Source of the DNA: a virus
Direction: 5' to 3' (one strand)
Length of the DNA: 64,000 nucleotides
Virus record (IMG/VR): IMGVR_UViG_3300044491_002068
Coordinates: 41,331 to 105,330 of that record
A program made the translations under genes and the position numbers. The notes under the pieces were generated by a model that saw only the letters and a program-made list of their open reading frames with translations, searched no databases and was not told where the DNA came from. Each line of letters begins with the position of its first letter. Position 1 is the first letter of the stretch. This document shows positions 9,571 through 18,526 of the stretch, in pieces.

Positions 9571-10443
9571 TCATGCAGACGGAGTTACTTCAAGGCTGCT
9601 AGCCGAATATGCTCCAGTACCCGCAGAGTTTAGCGCTGCTACTCTGAACTGATATCCTACACCATTAGTTAGACCAGTAACCGTGTAAAACCCCTGAGTA
9701 GAGGATGTATCGGCTACAGCAGTCGTCCACGTAGCACCTGAATCGGTACTCTGCTGAATAACGTAACCAGTAATATTATGGACGCCGCCATTCCATGTAG
9801 ACTCATTCCAATTCAGCACCACTTCAGTATTGCTAGCCACAGCAACCAAACTAGTCGGTGCATTCGCAGTAACAGGCATCTTTGTAACAGTAACTTCACT
9901 GCTCTGCTGAATACCTAACGGATCAACGTCAACAACTTCTTCAAGTGACAAATCGTAAGCAATATATGCGCCTGCCAACAATCGCTCACCCTTGATTAAA
10001 GTTAAATCTGAAAACTCTTCTCTAATTGTACCCTCATCAATTTTCGGGTAACACGGAACAGACGAATCATACCTAGACAGCGACGGACCGTCCATCAACG
10101 CTTCACGAACCACCGTTGTCAAGTTGTCACGCTGCTCAGTTACCGTCTCAGCACCAGACGCACGAGTCCACACATATGTGCGCATCTCGTAAGTTACACG
10201 AAAATTAGGGTCAGCATCCGGCTCATAATCAGTCCGAGTAACAGAACGTGTGTTGATTACCATAGTAATAATCGTTGGCCAAGCATCCAGCGCAAATGGC
10301 TCGTAACTCAAGTAACGACGTGGATCAGGTAACTGAGAACTGCTCAAATTCCAATAGTTTCTATACGTAATCAAACGAGGAGGCATATCATTAGCCAAAT
10401 AATTTGACACATAGTTTTTTGCTAATCTAGGACCCGACATCAT
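9571..10443 (-). CDS. Tail terminator / neck protein with a C-terminal fibronectin type III domain
   Basis: Position in the neck block; the C-terminus P..L.A...V.L.W...ITGY.IQ.S.D.G.TW...YTVTGLTNG..YQFRVAA.N.AG.G..S is FN3-like. Confidence 0.7.
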   Translation of the reverse strand: MMSGPRLAKNYVSNYLANDMPPRLITYRNYWNLSSSQLPDPRRYLSYEPFALDAWPTIITMVINTRSVTRTDYEPDADPNFRVTYEMRTYVWTRASGAETVTEQRDNLTTVVREALMDGPSLSRYDSSVPCYPKIDEGTIREEFSDLTLIKGERLLAGAYIAYDLSLEEVVDVDPLGIQQSSEVTVTKMPVTANAPTSLVAVASNTEVVLNWNESTWNGGVHNITGYVIQQSTDSGATWTTAVADTSSTQGFYTVTGLTNGVGYQFRVAALNSAGTGAYSASSLEVTPSA

Positions 10444-10444
10444 T

Positions 10445-10939
10445 TTAGATCATAAACCCTCTCATGGCATCGGCGTACTTAACCCCGATAGAACCATGTA
10501 CGATGTACTCTGCCACAACGTTACCCGTACGCTGCTTCATCAGGTTTGGCACAAACACAGGCTTACGCTGAGCCATGTTGCGAGTACCCGACTGATGCCA
10601 CCTTGCGTAAGGAATATCAGTACCGAACGTTGCGGTACTCAATCCTATGTCCCTGATCGAACCACGAGCACTGTTCATAGTTAAACTGCGCTCTAAATCA
10701 CCAGTCCTGACTAGGATGCCGTTTGCGCCATAATTCTCAGTCTTCCACGATGCGTACTGTGGGTCAAGAGGCGACCACGGGAAGCCTCTATCAGACATAC
10801 CCTCACGACGAAAGTTGTCTCTATGGGACTTTTGTAACTCCTGCATGACCCAGCGTAACACTGGCCTAAAATCACGAGAACGACGAGTCATAGCAGCGAA
10901 CTTGCGCTTCAAAGCGCTGGTATCAACCTTGACGGTCAT
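10445..10939 (-). CDS. Neck / virion morphogenesis protein (P2 gpS / Mu gpG-like)
   Basis: W.PL...Y...K.....ILVRTG.L..S....FGT..PYA..HQ.GT..M..R motif. Confidence 0.8.
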   Translation of the reverse strand: MTVKVDTSALKRKFAAMTRRSRDFRPVLRWVMQELQKSHRDNFRREGMSDRGFPWSPLDPQYASWKTENYGANGILVRTGDLERSLTMNSARGSIRDIGLSTATFGTDIPYARWHQSGTRNMAQRKPVFVPNLMKQRTGNVVAEYIVHGSIGVKYADAMRGFMI

Positions 10940-10940
10940 A

Positions 10941-11582
10941 TCAGGCCACCCTTACTCTTCGGTACCTCTTAATGCTCATGAGTTCACGCTCGCTGAACCC
11001 AGTCTCTAAAGGAGCGACATTTCTAGTAGTCAAATCCTTCAAACCTACAACATCATCATGCATATTCTGCATCTCACGAGTAGCAGCACGCAACAACAAC
11101 AACTTGAACGCTTTAATATTCGCACCGTCCAAACCGGCAGTGTACGTGATTGAAACACGATCATTTGCAAAGGCATTGAACAACTCAACACCGAAATCAC
11201 GAGTAATGTAGTCTCGCTCGGCCACCTGAACTGTAGTACTTCCAGTAGGGCTAGCGGGTGTGATAGAAATAGACGATACAGAAATCACAGGACTGTTCTC
11301 TAAGTACAAAGTGTACATTGGCGTATACACGATCCCCGGACCAGTAAGAGTCGTGGCGGGATCAGTCGCATAATTGTAGTAGTACTGATTGTTATTTACA
11401 CCACGACCGTAGTCGGGAATACGATAAGATTCAGTAAACTCGGTTTGCTCAATCGGACGACGCAAATACGCTTCTAACTCTGCCTGCAGACCGTCGATCA
11501 CAAACTGTGCAGCATCTTCCTGCACATTTGTTAGCGTAATGTCCATGTATGTTGTAATGTCAGATACAGTTATAAGCGCCAT
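10941..11582 (-). CDS. Head-tail adaptor
   Basis: ALIT..D...Y, LE.YLRR, V.ITYTAG, ...I.RYRR C-terminus. Confidence 0.75.
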   Translation of the reverse strand: MALITVSDITTYMDITLTNVQEDAAQFVIDGLQAELEAYLRRPIEQTEFTESYRIPDYGRGVNNNQYYYNYATDPATTLTGPGIVYTPMYTLYLENSPVISVSSISITPASPTGSTTVQVAERDYITRDFGVELFNAFANDRVSITYTAGLDGANIKAFKLLLLRAATREMQNMHDDVVGLKDLTTRNVAPLETGFSERELMSIKRYRRVRVA

Positions 11583-11618
11583 CTCAGTCCCACAAAGTCA
11601 AATTAAAAATTATATCAA

Positions 11619-11768
11619 TCAGCCCTGAGTACGAGCGCCCGGACCAGCAGTACCTCTAGGAGTCCTACCCTGCTCACGCAACCTGCGGCGGATACGCTCT
11701 CTAACACGGTTAATTAAGCCACGCTCTTCTCTAGTTTCGCTATCTTTGATAGTAATTGGCTCAGGCAT
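11619..11768 (-). CDS. Small Arg-rich protein (49 aa)
   Basis: Below the track cutoff; GGAGG SD; MPEPITIKDSETREERGLINRVRERIRRRLREQGRTPRG... Confidence 0.6.
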   Translation of the reverse strand: MPEPITIKDSETREERGLINRVRERIRRRLREQGRTPRGTAGPGARTQG

Positions 11769-11839
11769 CGAAAACCTCCAAAAGTTCATTCTTCCACTAC
11801 TTATAATACCGCAATATATGGGTGGTTTGAGATTACTCC

Positions 11840-12331
11840 TTACTCATCTCCCATAGGGAAAAAGAAACTCCCATCTAACAACATCATACCAATGACCGAA
11901 TACCCGATAATATCCATGTAGGTATCCTCTAACGCCTCATTTTTTGCAGAAGCGCCAGACGCCAACAAGTTCTCTAGACGAGCAACTTTATCGTGAAGGC
12001 GCAGAATCAGACCTTTATGCGAAAATCTGGCAATATTTTCTGGACCGTAGTCTCGCTGCTTGTCGCACAAAGTATTAGCCACAAACACCTGATCCATTGA
12101 AGGATTTGCATTTAGAGACATGCACGCAAGTTGCGACCACAACGACGAACTAGTCAACTCTTCAGTACCCAGAAAATAAGTTTCGATTAGCATATCTACA
12201 TGCTCACGGATATCTCTAGTTATATCTTCAGACTTTACAAGGGGAGCCATTTCCCACACGAACTTTGTATGGATATGGGCTGAGGACTCCCAAGTCTTTG
12301 ATAGTTGGTCAGTTACCACGTTGACCTCCAA
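11840..12331 (-). CDS. Nucleotide-modification-associated (DUF1599/Nmad1-like) protein
   Basis: KQ.DYG..NI....GL..R..DK..RL.NL....NE.LEDT..DI.GY motif. Confidence 0.75.
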   Translation of the reverse strand: MEVNVVTDQLSKTWESSAHIHTKFVWEMAPLVKSEDITRDIREHVDMLIETYFLGTEELTSSSLWSQLACMSLNANPSMDQVFVANTLCDKQRDYGPENIARFSHKGLILRLHDKVARLENLLASGASAKNEALEDTYMDIIGYSVIGMMLLDGSFFFPMGDE

Positions 12332-12614
12332 CGGCGTGGGAAATCATGACCTTCAGCATGTAAAACATCCAGAATGTTCCGGTTACCGCAAACGCTTGAC
12401 CATAGCCGATTCCCGGCTCAAAGATGTCTAAATTTGGCCAAGCAGAATTCACTGCCATGTTTGAAAGCATCACAGAAAGTGCTGTCATTCCATTAAAAAT
12501 ACCAAAGACAAAAATGCCGTTAAGTAATGACAGTGCTGGGCCCATGCGATCAGGTTTACTTTCTTGAGTGAGTTTACCGAGAATTGTTTCCCAGTCGTTT
12601 CTATCGTTGTTCAT
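12309..12614 (-). CDS. Hypothetical membrane protein
   Basis: Two hydrophobic segments; coupled to its neighbours. Confidence 0.6.
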   Translation of the reverse strand: MNNDRNDWETILGKLTQESKPDRMGPALSLLNGIFVFGIFNGMTALSVMLSNMAVNSAWPNLDIFEPGIGYGQAFAVTGTFWMFYMLKVMISHAVGGQRGN

Positions 12615-12990
12615 TTTTCTCCTTAACTATTTGATGAATTCGCTGACGAGACAAACCGTAAGCCTTGGCAATTTCAGAAAGCGACGAGCCTTTGGAATAT
12701 GCGACACGGATTTTGTTGTTGCGTAGAACAACCAACGCATGTGATTGGGGCCCCGGTCTCAATGGCCCCCAGTCCCAAGTCGGTATACTTGCTAGTAGCC
12801 GTACCCTATCATCTGACAGTGCATTCTGTCTGTATCTTGTACGCATATAACTGACCCAGTTACCCAAGTTAATTTCTTCACCAGAGTCTAAGAACTCTAT
12901 GTGCCCACTAGGAACTGCTGCGTCGCCATACCGCTGCTGATACTGTACTAGGGCACTATAGTGCTTCTTCCATCGTGCGTTATGGTTCAT
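12601..12990 (-). CDS. Helicase-associated (HA) domain plus sigma-region-4-like HTH regulator
   Basis: W...Y.AL..Y....G...VP....LG.WV...R..Y....LS..R...L is HA-like; SLSEIAK.YGLSRQRI.QI is an HTH. Leaderless promoter TTGACA-N17-TAACAT-N6-ATG at 12991-13025. Confidence 0.75.
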   Translation of the reverse strand: MNHNARWKKHYSALVQYQQRYGDAAVPSGHIEFLDSGEEINLGNWVSYMRTRYRQNALSDDRVRLLASIPTWDWGPLRPGPQSHALVVLRNNKIRVAYSKGSSLSEIAKAYGLSRQRIHQIVKEKNEQR

Positions 12991-13042
12991 AATTGTATGT
13001 TATTAAAAATCGTCTTCCGTGTCAAGTTGTCGTTGCGAGAAT

Positions 13043-13396
13043 TTATGCAAACTCAATCGTTTTAGACAACGCACGAATTGTTGCAATAGTCTCAGAAAGC
13101 CCTGCGGCCTCAGACCATACAACTAAATCATCACCTACTTCTGCTTCCAGCGCTTCCCAACAGTAAATAAACCGCTTCCTGTAACTCGCCGGAATTGATT
13201 CCACAATTAAATAGAAATCATCGCACTCAGGTACGCCAGACAAACCAAAAATGGCACCAAGTGCATATGGTAAAGAAACTGAGCCGAACTCATCAACAGC
13301 GACAGTGTAAGAAAGCCCGCAGTAGTCGATCATATCAGCCAAATACGATAAATCAACAAAAATCTTTTGCTCTTGATATTTCTTTAACATCGACAT
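13043..13396 (-). CDS. Hypothetical protein (start revised to the leaderless ATG at 13396)
   Basis: TTGCAC-N18-TATACT-N6-ATG. Confidence 0.6.
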   Translation of the reverse strand: MSMLKKYQEQKIFVDLSYLADMIDYCGLSYTVAVDEFGSVSLPYALGAIFGLSGVPECDDFYLIVESIPASYRKRFIYCWEALEAEVGDDLVVWSEAAGLSETIATIRALSKTIEFA

Positions 13397-13410
13397 AACA
13401 TTAGTATAAA

Positions 13411-13540
13411 TACAAAGCGGGGTCCGGTGCAAGTGACCAGACCCCGCCTAGATAATTCGATTGTATAATCGGTTACCGGCTTCTTAACCGATCTCCACAA
13501 TCTCCTCCTTCGGGGTTAGCCTACTTGCCGGTACAAGTAT
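13411..13540 (-). ncRNA. Candidate sRNA / minigene transcript
   Basis: Two hairpins, a strong SD followed by GTG GAG ATC GGT TAA, and a GC-rich terminator at 13417-13447. Confidence 0.4.
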
Positions 13541-13595
13541 TAATCTATACCCCTAACTTGCGCCAAAACGCAACTCTCTTAACTATAATACCAAA

Positions 13596-14108
13596 TCACC
13601 CGAGCAGAGAATCTCCGGGCTTCCATGCGCAACCAGTAAGTCCACCTGTCTGAAGTGCCTTGAGAGTACGAAGTATTTCATCAACGTTTCGACCAGTATC
13701 CAAATCGTTCACAGTCAAAGAACGAATCATTCCATCTTCGTCTAAGATGAACGTGGCACGCAAAGCGACATTTTCCCACTCATCATCAACACCAATCATT
13801 CTAGCCAAAGACAGTCCTGTATCGGCGCAAAGATTATGACGGATACCAGAAATCATAGCATTTTGGTTCTTCCACGCTAACTTGCAATACTCATTGTCCC
13901 CACTAAAACCAAGAACAGTTACGCCTTCATCAACAAGGCGATCCATCTCGGCAATTTCAGTGGGACAAATGAAAGTAAAGTCCTTAGGGTAGAAATAAAT
14001 TACACTCCACCCACCTAGAATGTCATCTAGGCAAATATCAACAATGTTGTTATCCCTATCAATGGACTTAACTCCAAAAGGCGGGAACGGTTCTGCTACT
14101 CCAATCAT
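13596..14108 (-). CDS. ahpC: Typical 2-Cys peroxiredoxin
   Basis: FYPKDFTFICPTE, RATFI.D, GRNVDE.LR...ALQ; leaderless promoter TTGACA-N17-TATCAT-N6-ATG at 14109-14143. Confidence 0.92.
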   Translation of the reverse strand: MIGVAEPFPPFGVKSIDRDNNIVDICLDDILGGWSVIYFYPKDFTFICPTEIAEMDRLVDEGVTVLGFSGDNEYCKLAWKNQNAMISGIRHNLCADTGLSLARMIGVDDEWENVALRATFILDEDGMIRSLTVNDLDTGRNVDEILRTLKALQTGGLTGCAWKPGDSLLG

Positions 14109-14144
14109 ATGGGTATGATACAAAGAATGGTAGAACTTGTCAAG

Positions 14145-16094
14145 TTATCGAATGGGACAACTTCCTGTTGAACAGTCCGCATCGAATTCGTCGTCTGACA
14201 TGATAGTTGAACCCGTCAACTTCTCACCAAGAGGAGAAGTAGCATCAATCATAGCAGTATACTCTTCTAAAGACAACTCGCCCATCGGAGCCTGATCGAA
14301 ACCATGCTCGCTATGAAGCAGGAACGAAACAGACTTCATCTCACCCCAGTTCTCGGAAAGATACTCACGAATCTCATCCAACTCTTCCTTACGGTAGTAC
14401 ACAGTCACTGAAATAGCATTGTCTGCCCAAACCTTCTGCAACAGTCGAACAAGGTCCATCTGTTGAACAGCGGACATGCTTTCAGCAAGAATAGTGTTCT
14501 CTGGGAAAGCACACGGGAACTCAACCACAACAGTCCTATGGTCCTCAGAACCATCGAAGTTCCGCAGGGGCTCAACATGGAATCCCTTGTTGCGGCAATA
14601 ATTAACAAGAATATCTCCGGATGCCATACGCATACGCTTAACGAAGTACTGACTGAAGCCCGGATGCACGCCCGGAGTCACACCCGGAAGCAGGCTCAAA
14701 GTACCTGAAGGCTTAATGGTCGTGAGACGAACAGACTCTGGCCAGCCACGCTCTGCAGACCACTCTGCATCAAAAGCACGCAAAGACTTGTATGTTTCAT
14801 CCAACCATTCGATCTTATCCATCGCCTGAGCAACACCAGTGATACCCAAACCCAGACGCATATTTGACGAAGTGATCCTATCCGAAGCAGGGTCAAGATA
14901 AGACAAAGCAGACGTAGCCTTCTGAACCTTATACAGCAACCTAGCAATATCAACCAACTCTTCCTTCGAAGAAATCATAGGCAAGAAAATCTCTGAAAGG
15001 TTACACGACTCACGATTAGCCAACGGAATCTCAGCGCAAGGATTAACGCCAACAATAGACGGATCAGGGCGCTCCTCGCCCATACGCCCAAACTTGCGAG
15101 AGTTGTCAAGGTTGAAGAAACCGTACGGCTCCCCATTCCCCTTATACCCCTCCCAAATAATGTCTGGCATATCCTTCATCTGCTCATTAGAAACAAACAC
15201 AGTGTTGTTTGACATGGCCCGCTCAATAGGGATATTGCCAAGGTCCCAGCGCTTAGCCATCAAATACTGCTCGTCGTCCAAACGGCCAACGGCTATCTCT
15301 GCGCTACGACGAACATTACCAGCAACAACAATAGAGCCGATAATGTTCATGCAATCCAGAACTTCAACCGAAGTAAGCGTACGACCAACAGCGCCATCCA
15401 GAACGGCGCAAATCTTTTCAATACCAGAAATAAGAATATTCGGGCCAGAAGCAGTACCGCCAAACGTCTTGATCGGTACACCAGCAGGGCGAATCAGATG
15501 AGTGGCATAAGTCATCTTACGAGGGAAGTCATCATCACCAAGATAGCACTCAAAAACCTTACGAATGACATTACCCCAACCCTCACGAGTATCTGGAACA
15601 ATGAAGTCGGAATCGTTAGCATCCTGATTATCTACCCACGCCGCACGAACAACACCCAAACGCTCAGGCTTATCACACGAGAAGCCAACACCGCCTCCAA
15701 GCATTAGGCGCTCAACGGCCCAAGAAAAATCACTGGGCTTCTCTACATCAACAAACCAGCAGTTAACAAGACTATCGCCACCAAGACGCTTATTGTTAGG
15801 AGTACCCAACTGCCACAACATCCTACCAGCCACAGAACCCTTCAAATTGAAAAGGTAGTCGTACAGCCTGATTGCCTCGTCTTCTGACAACTGAGCACCA
15901 ATCTCCTGTGCACCATTAACCACACGCTGAATAGTTTCATGCCACTCCTCGGTACGAACGATAGTATCACCCTCAAATATAGGTCGGGCATAGGTTCGCT
16001 TATAAGTCACATACCCTAAGCCACTGAATCCCCACGGGGGCATCTTGTCTTCGTACGAAGCGGCGTATGTGTCTGAAATGAGGAAATGGCTCAC
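14145..16094 (-). CDS. nrdJ: Class II (B12-dependent, monomeric RTPR-type) ribonucleotide reductase
   Basis: YKRTYAR, VVAGNVRRSAEI, NPCAEI, KPSGT and a C-terminal C..GSCPIR. Confidence 0.92.
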   Translation of the reverse strand: MSHFLISDTYAASYEDKMPPWGFSGLGYVTYKRTYARPIFEGDTIVRTEEWHETIQRVVNGAQEIGAQLSEDEAIRLYDYLFNLKGSVAGRMLWQLGTPNNKRLGGDSLVNCWFVDVEKPSDFSWAVERLMLGGGVGFSCDKPERLGVVRAAWVDNQDANDSDFIVPDTREGWGNVIRKVFECYLGDDDFPRKMTYATHLIRPAGVPIKTFGGTASGPNILISGIEKICAVLDGAVGRTLTSVEVLDCMNIIGSIVVAGNVRRSAEIAVGRLDDEQYLMAKRWDLGNIPIERAMSNNTVFVSNEQMKDMPDIIWEGYKGNGEPYGFFNLDNSRKFGRMGEERPDPSIVGVNPCAEIPLANRESCNLSEIFLPMISSKEELVDIARLLYKVQKATSALSYLDPASDRITSSNMRLGLGITGVAQAMDKIEWLDETYKSLRAFDAEWSAERGWPESVRLTTIKPSGTLSLLPGVTPGVHPGFSQYFVKRMRMASGDILVNYCRNKGFHVEPLRNFDGSEDHRTVVVEFPCAFPENTILAESMSAVQQMDLVRLLQKVWADNAISVTVYYRKEELDEIREYLSENWGEMKSVSFLLHSEHGFDQAPMGELSLEEYTAMIDATSPLGEKLTGSTIMSDDEFDADCSTGSCPIR

Positions 16095-16247
16095 TGAAAA
16101 TTCTCCTTGTATAAAGTGTGTGTGTACTATTAAAAATGGTGGTTTTAGTATTCTAACCGGTGGGACAAAATGAAAAGCGTCAAGTTGTCGTGAGACTCAA
16201 ACAAATTTGAGTTCTCATCATACCACAGTCCTAGATGTCTGTCAAAA

Positions 16248-16973
16248 TCAGAGTTCTGCTAACTTCCTAGCCAACTCAGTCTCGCCACAGAACAACAAAA
16301 AAAGTCCAGCAGGCTGTTTGTTTATCGAAACAACTGCTTTTTCACGTTTGCTGATGTTCACGGAGAACAAACCAGCCGCAGACAACTTCCGGATAGAGTC
16401 AACAAAACTTAAAGTAGAATCAATCTCTAAACCGTGTGTCTTTGCTTTTTTCATTAGGAGGCTTATACTACCAGACAACTTACCTTCAGTCAACAGGGAA
16501 TATAGCAACACCGTCGCAAACGCTTCCCAACTACCAAAAAGTGACAAAGATGGTCTAGTTGAAATGTTGGATAGCAGGGAATCGCTCCTAGACGACAGGC
16601 ACACCGCTGCTTCCAAAGCATAGTCAAACTCATCGTGGATAGCAAAAAATAATACGGCATTGTCACGCACCTCCACCATGCTCAACACTTGATTCTCAAA
16701 AACACAATCAATCAAGCAGAATTCACTCGCAACGGAAACTACAGTCTCAGCCTGATCAAAAGAATACGTCTCAGTCCCAGAATTAACTATGGAGTGAAAA
16801 ACTAAAGCAAGGTCAAGGGTTTGGTCGTGTACCACACCTTGCTCATGAACAATAAACTTTAAAAGATTAGATATGCCAAAAATTAAATCGTCATCAATAG
16901 AGTCCAGTACCTCTACATCGTCATTTGTCCACGTAGGTATAGGGAAATCTGTGTCGTCTTCAAATATGGGCAT
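16248..16973 (-). CDS. Hypothetical protein
   Basis: 241-aa ORF; extended -10 TGcTATACT-N5-ATG embedded in the capsid terminator. Confidence 0.65.
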   Translation of the reverse strand: MPIFEDDTDFPIPTWTNDDVEVLDSIDDDLIFGISNLLKFIVHEQGVVHDQTLDLALVFHSIVNSGTETYSFDQAETVVSVASEFCLIDCVFENQVLSMVEVRDNAVLFFAIHDEFDYALEAAVCLSSRSDSLLSNISTRPSLSLFGSWEAFATVLLYSLLTEGKLSGSISLLMKKAKTHGLEIDSTLSFVDSIRKLSAAGLFSVNISKREKAVVSINKQPAGLFLLFCGETELARKLAEL

Positions 16974-16985
16974 ACCCTAGTATAG

Positions 16986-17015
16986 CAAAAGCCCCCCAGC
17001 CGAAGCCGGGGGGCC
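16986..17015 (-). terminator. Intrinsic terminator after the major capsid gene
   Basis: GCCCCCCGGC-TTCG-GCTGGGGGGC-TTTT. Confidence 0.9.
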
Positions 17016-17048
17016 CTTGAACTAATTACTGTTTTTAATTACAGATTA

Positions 17049-18335
17049 TCAGGACGGCTCAGCGTCAAAGTCAACATAAACGAATGACTCTGGGCGCTTC
17101 ACAGCGAGAGCAAGACGCTCTTCAGCAAGCACCACGATGGCGTTGCGAGTGAAGAAGTCCTCATGATTCTCTGAAATACGGATAGATGCAGCCTCACGGT
17201 CATACAACTGAGCACCGGTACCGAACGCACCAACGAGAGCCTTGCCCTCGGTCATGGCCGGAGTGTCGATGACAGGAATACGCCAGACACGTGACTCAGC
17301 GCCACCAGCAACTGACATGGCAAGCAGGTAAGTACCCTGCGAGTTCTTCGTCAGTTCGATGTCTTCCCAGTCTGACGGGTGGACGATGATGCCGGTCGGC
17401 TCGTAGTAGGCGAGGTACGCCAGAGTAGCCGCACGACGGAGAGCATCCGCCTTTGTGTCAGCAACAGGCGAAGTTGCACCTGTTGACCATGCGTACGTCT
17501 GGATTCCAGACGTAACCGTGATACCAGTAAGGTCCTCGCCGGTACCAGTACCGTTGAGAATCTGAGCATCCTCAGTCAGACGCAGACCGTAAAGCAGTTC
17601 GTTGTCGATGATCGACCGCAACTGCGGCTCATCAGCAAGAACGTTACGGTGAGCGGCTTCCCAGTGAGCGATGGTCCGAACTGGAGCCTGCTCACCCGTG
17701 AAGGTCATTGATGACTGTGGCTTCTGACCGAAGGCGCTACCTGAATACTCAGGAACCACCGAAGCGGCGTTTGTAAAGCCAGTCTGACGGAAGTACTCAA
17801 TGACAGCAGCATTCGTGGTACGTGCCGGGAAAAGGTCACGAACACGGCTACGACGCTGTGCAATTGGGACAATACCGTCACGCTCAACACCACCAAAAGC
17901 AGAAGGTGTGCCTGAAGGAAGACCTGAATAGATGTCCTTCGTGTGAAGTGACTTCGCCTCGAAAGGAGCAGTCATGTTCACGCCAGCCTTACCACCCTGA
18001 AGTGACTTGAACTCGTTTGAGTTGAGGAATGCCTCACCGACTGAACGGCTACGGGCAACTTCACGCTCAACACCTGCAGCAACTTCTGCTGCAACTGACT
18101 TGTACTCGGCCTCTGAGGACCAAGCCGACACGTCACGAAGTGTGGTCATGTCATCAATAAGACCCTTGATTTCACGAATCTGGGTCATGTTATTCTGGAA
18201 TGCTGACTTCTTCTCGTCATCAGCGATGAGGGTTGTGCCCTCAAACTGCATCGAATCAGCGATCTGCTGCTGCTCTGACATCTTCGAAGTCAGAGCGGTC
18301 TTCAGTTCGTTGAGCCGACTCTCATCAAAACTCAT
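17049..18335 (-). CDS. HK97-fold major capsid protein with N-terminal delta domain
   Basis: KP.S...F......V.TIAHW, L.D.PQL.S.I...L.YGL...ED.QILNG.G, F.RN...V.AEERLALAV.RP. Confidence 0.95.
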   Translation of the reverse strand: MSFDESRLNELKTALTSKMSEQQQIADSMQFEGTTLIADDEKKSAFQNNMTQIREIKGLIDDMTTLRDVSAWSSEAEYKSVAAEVAAGVEREVARSRSVGEAFLNSNEFKSLQGGKAGVNMTAPFEAKSLHTKDIYSGLPSGTPSAFGGVERDGIVPIAQRRSRVRDLFPARTTNAAVIEYFRQTGFTNAASVVPEYSGSAFGQKPQSSMTFTGEQAPVRTIAHWEAAHRNVLADEPQLRSIIDNELLYGLRLTEDAQILNGTGTGEDLTGITVTSGIQTYAWSTGATSPVADTKADALRRAATLAYLAYYEPTGIIVHPSDWEDIELTKNSQGTYLLAMSVAGGAESRVWRIPVIDTPAMTEGKALVGAFGTGAQLYDREAASIRISENHEDFFTRNAIVVLAEERLALAVKRPESFVYVDFDAEPS

Positions 18336-18526
18336 GTTCAGTCTCCTTAAAGTTTGAGTTTAACATGTTTACTGTTTAATGACAGGCGACCCAACGAAAT
18401 TGTTGAACACCAGTCAAGTATTATGCTAGCACCTGCGTAAAGACAATCACGGAAACTTTTGCAATAATCTATTGAAGGGCTAACAATTTATAGTCTACTG
18501 TATATACCTAGGATAGATCAAGTAGT

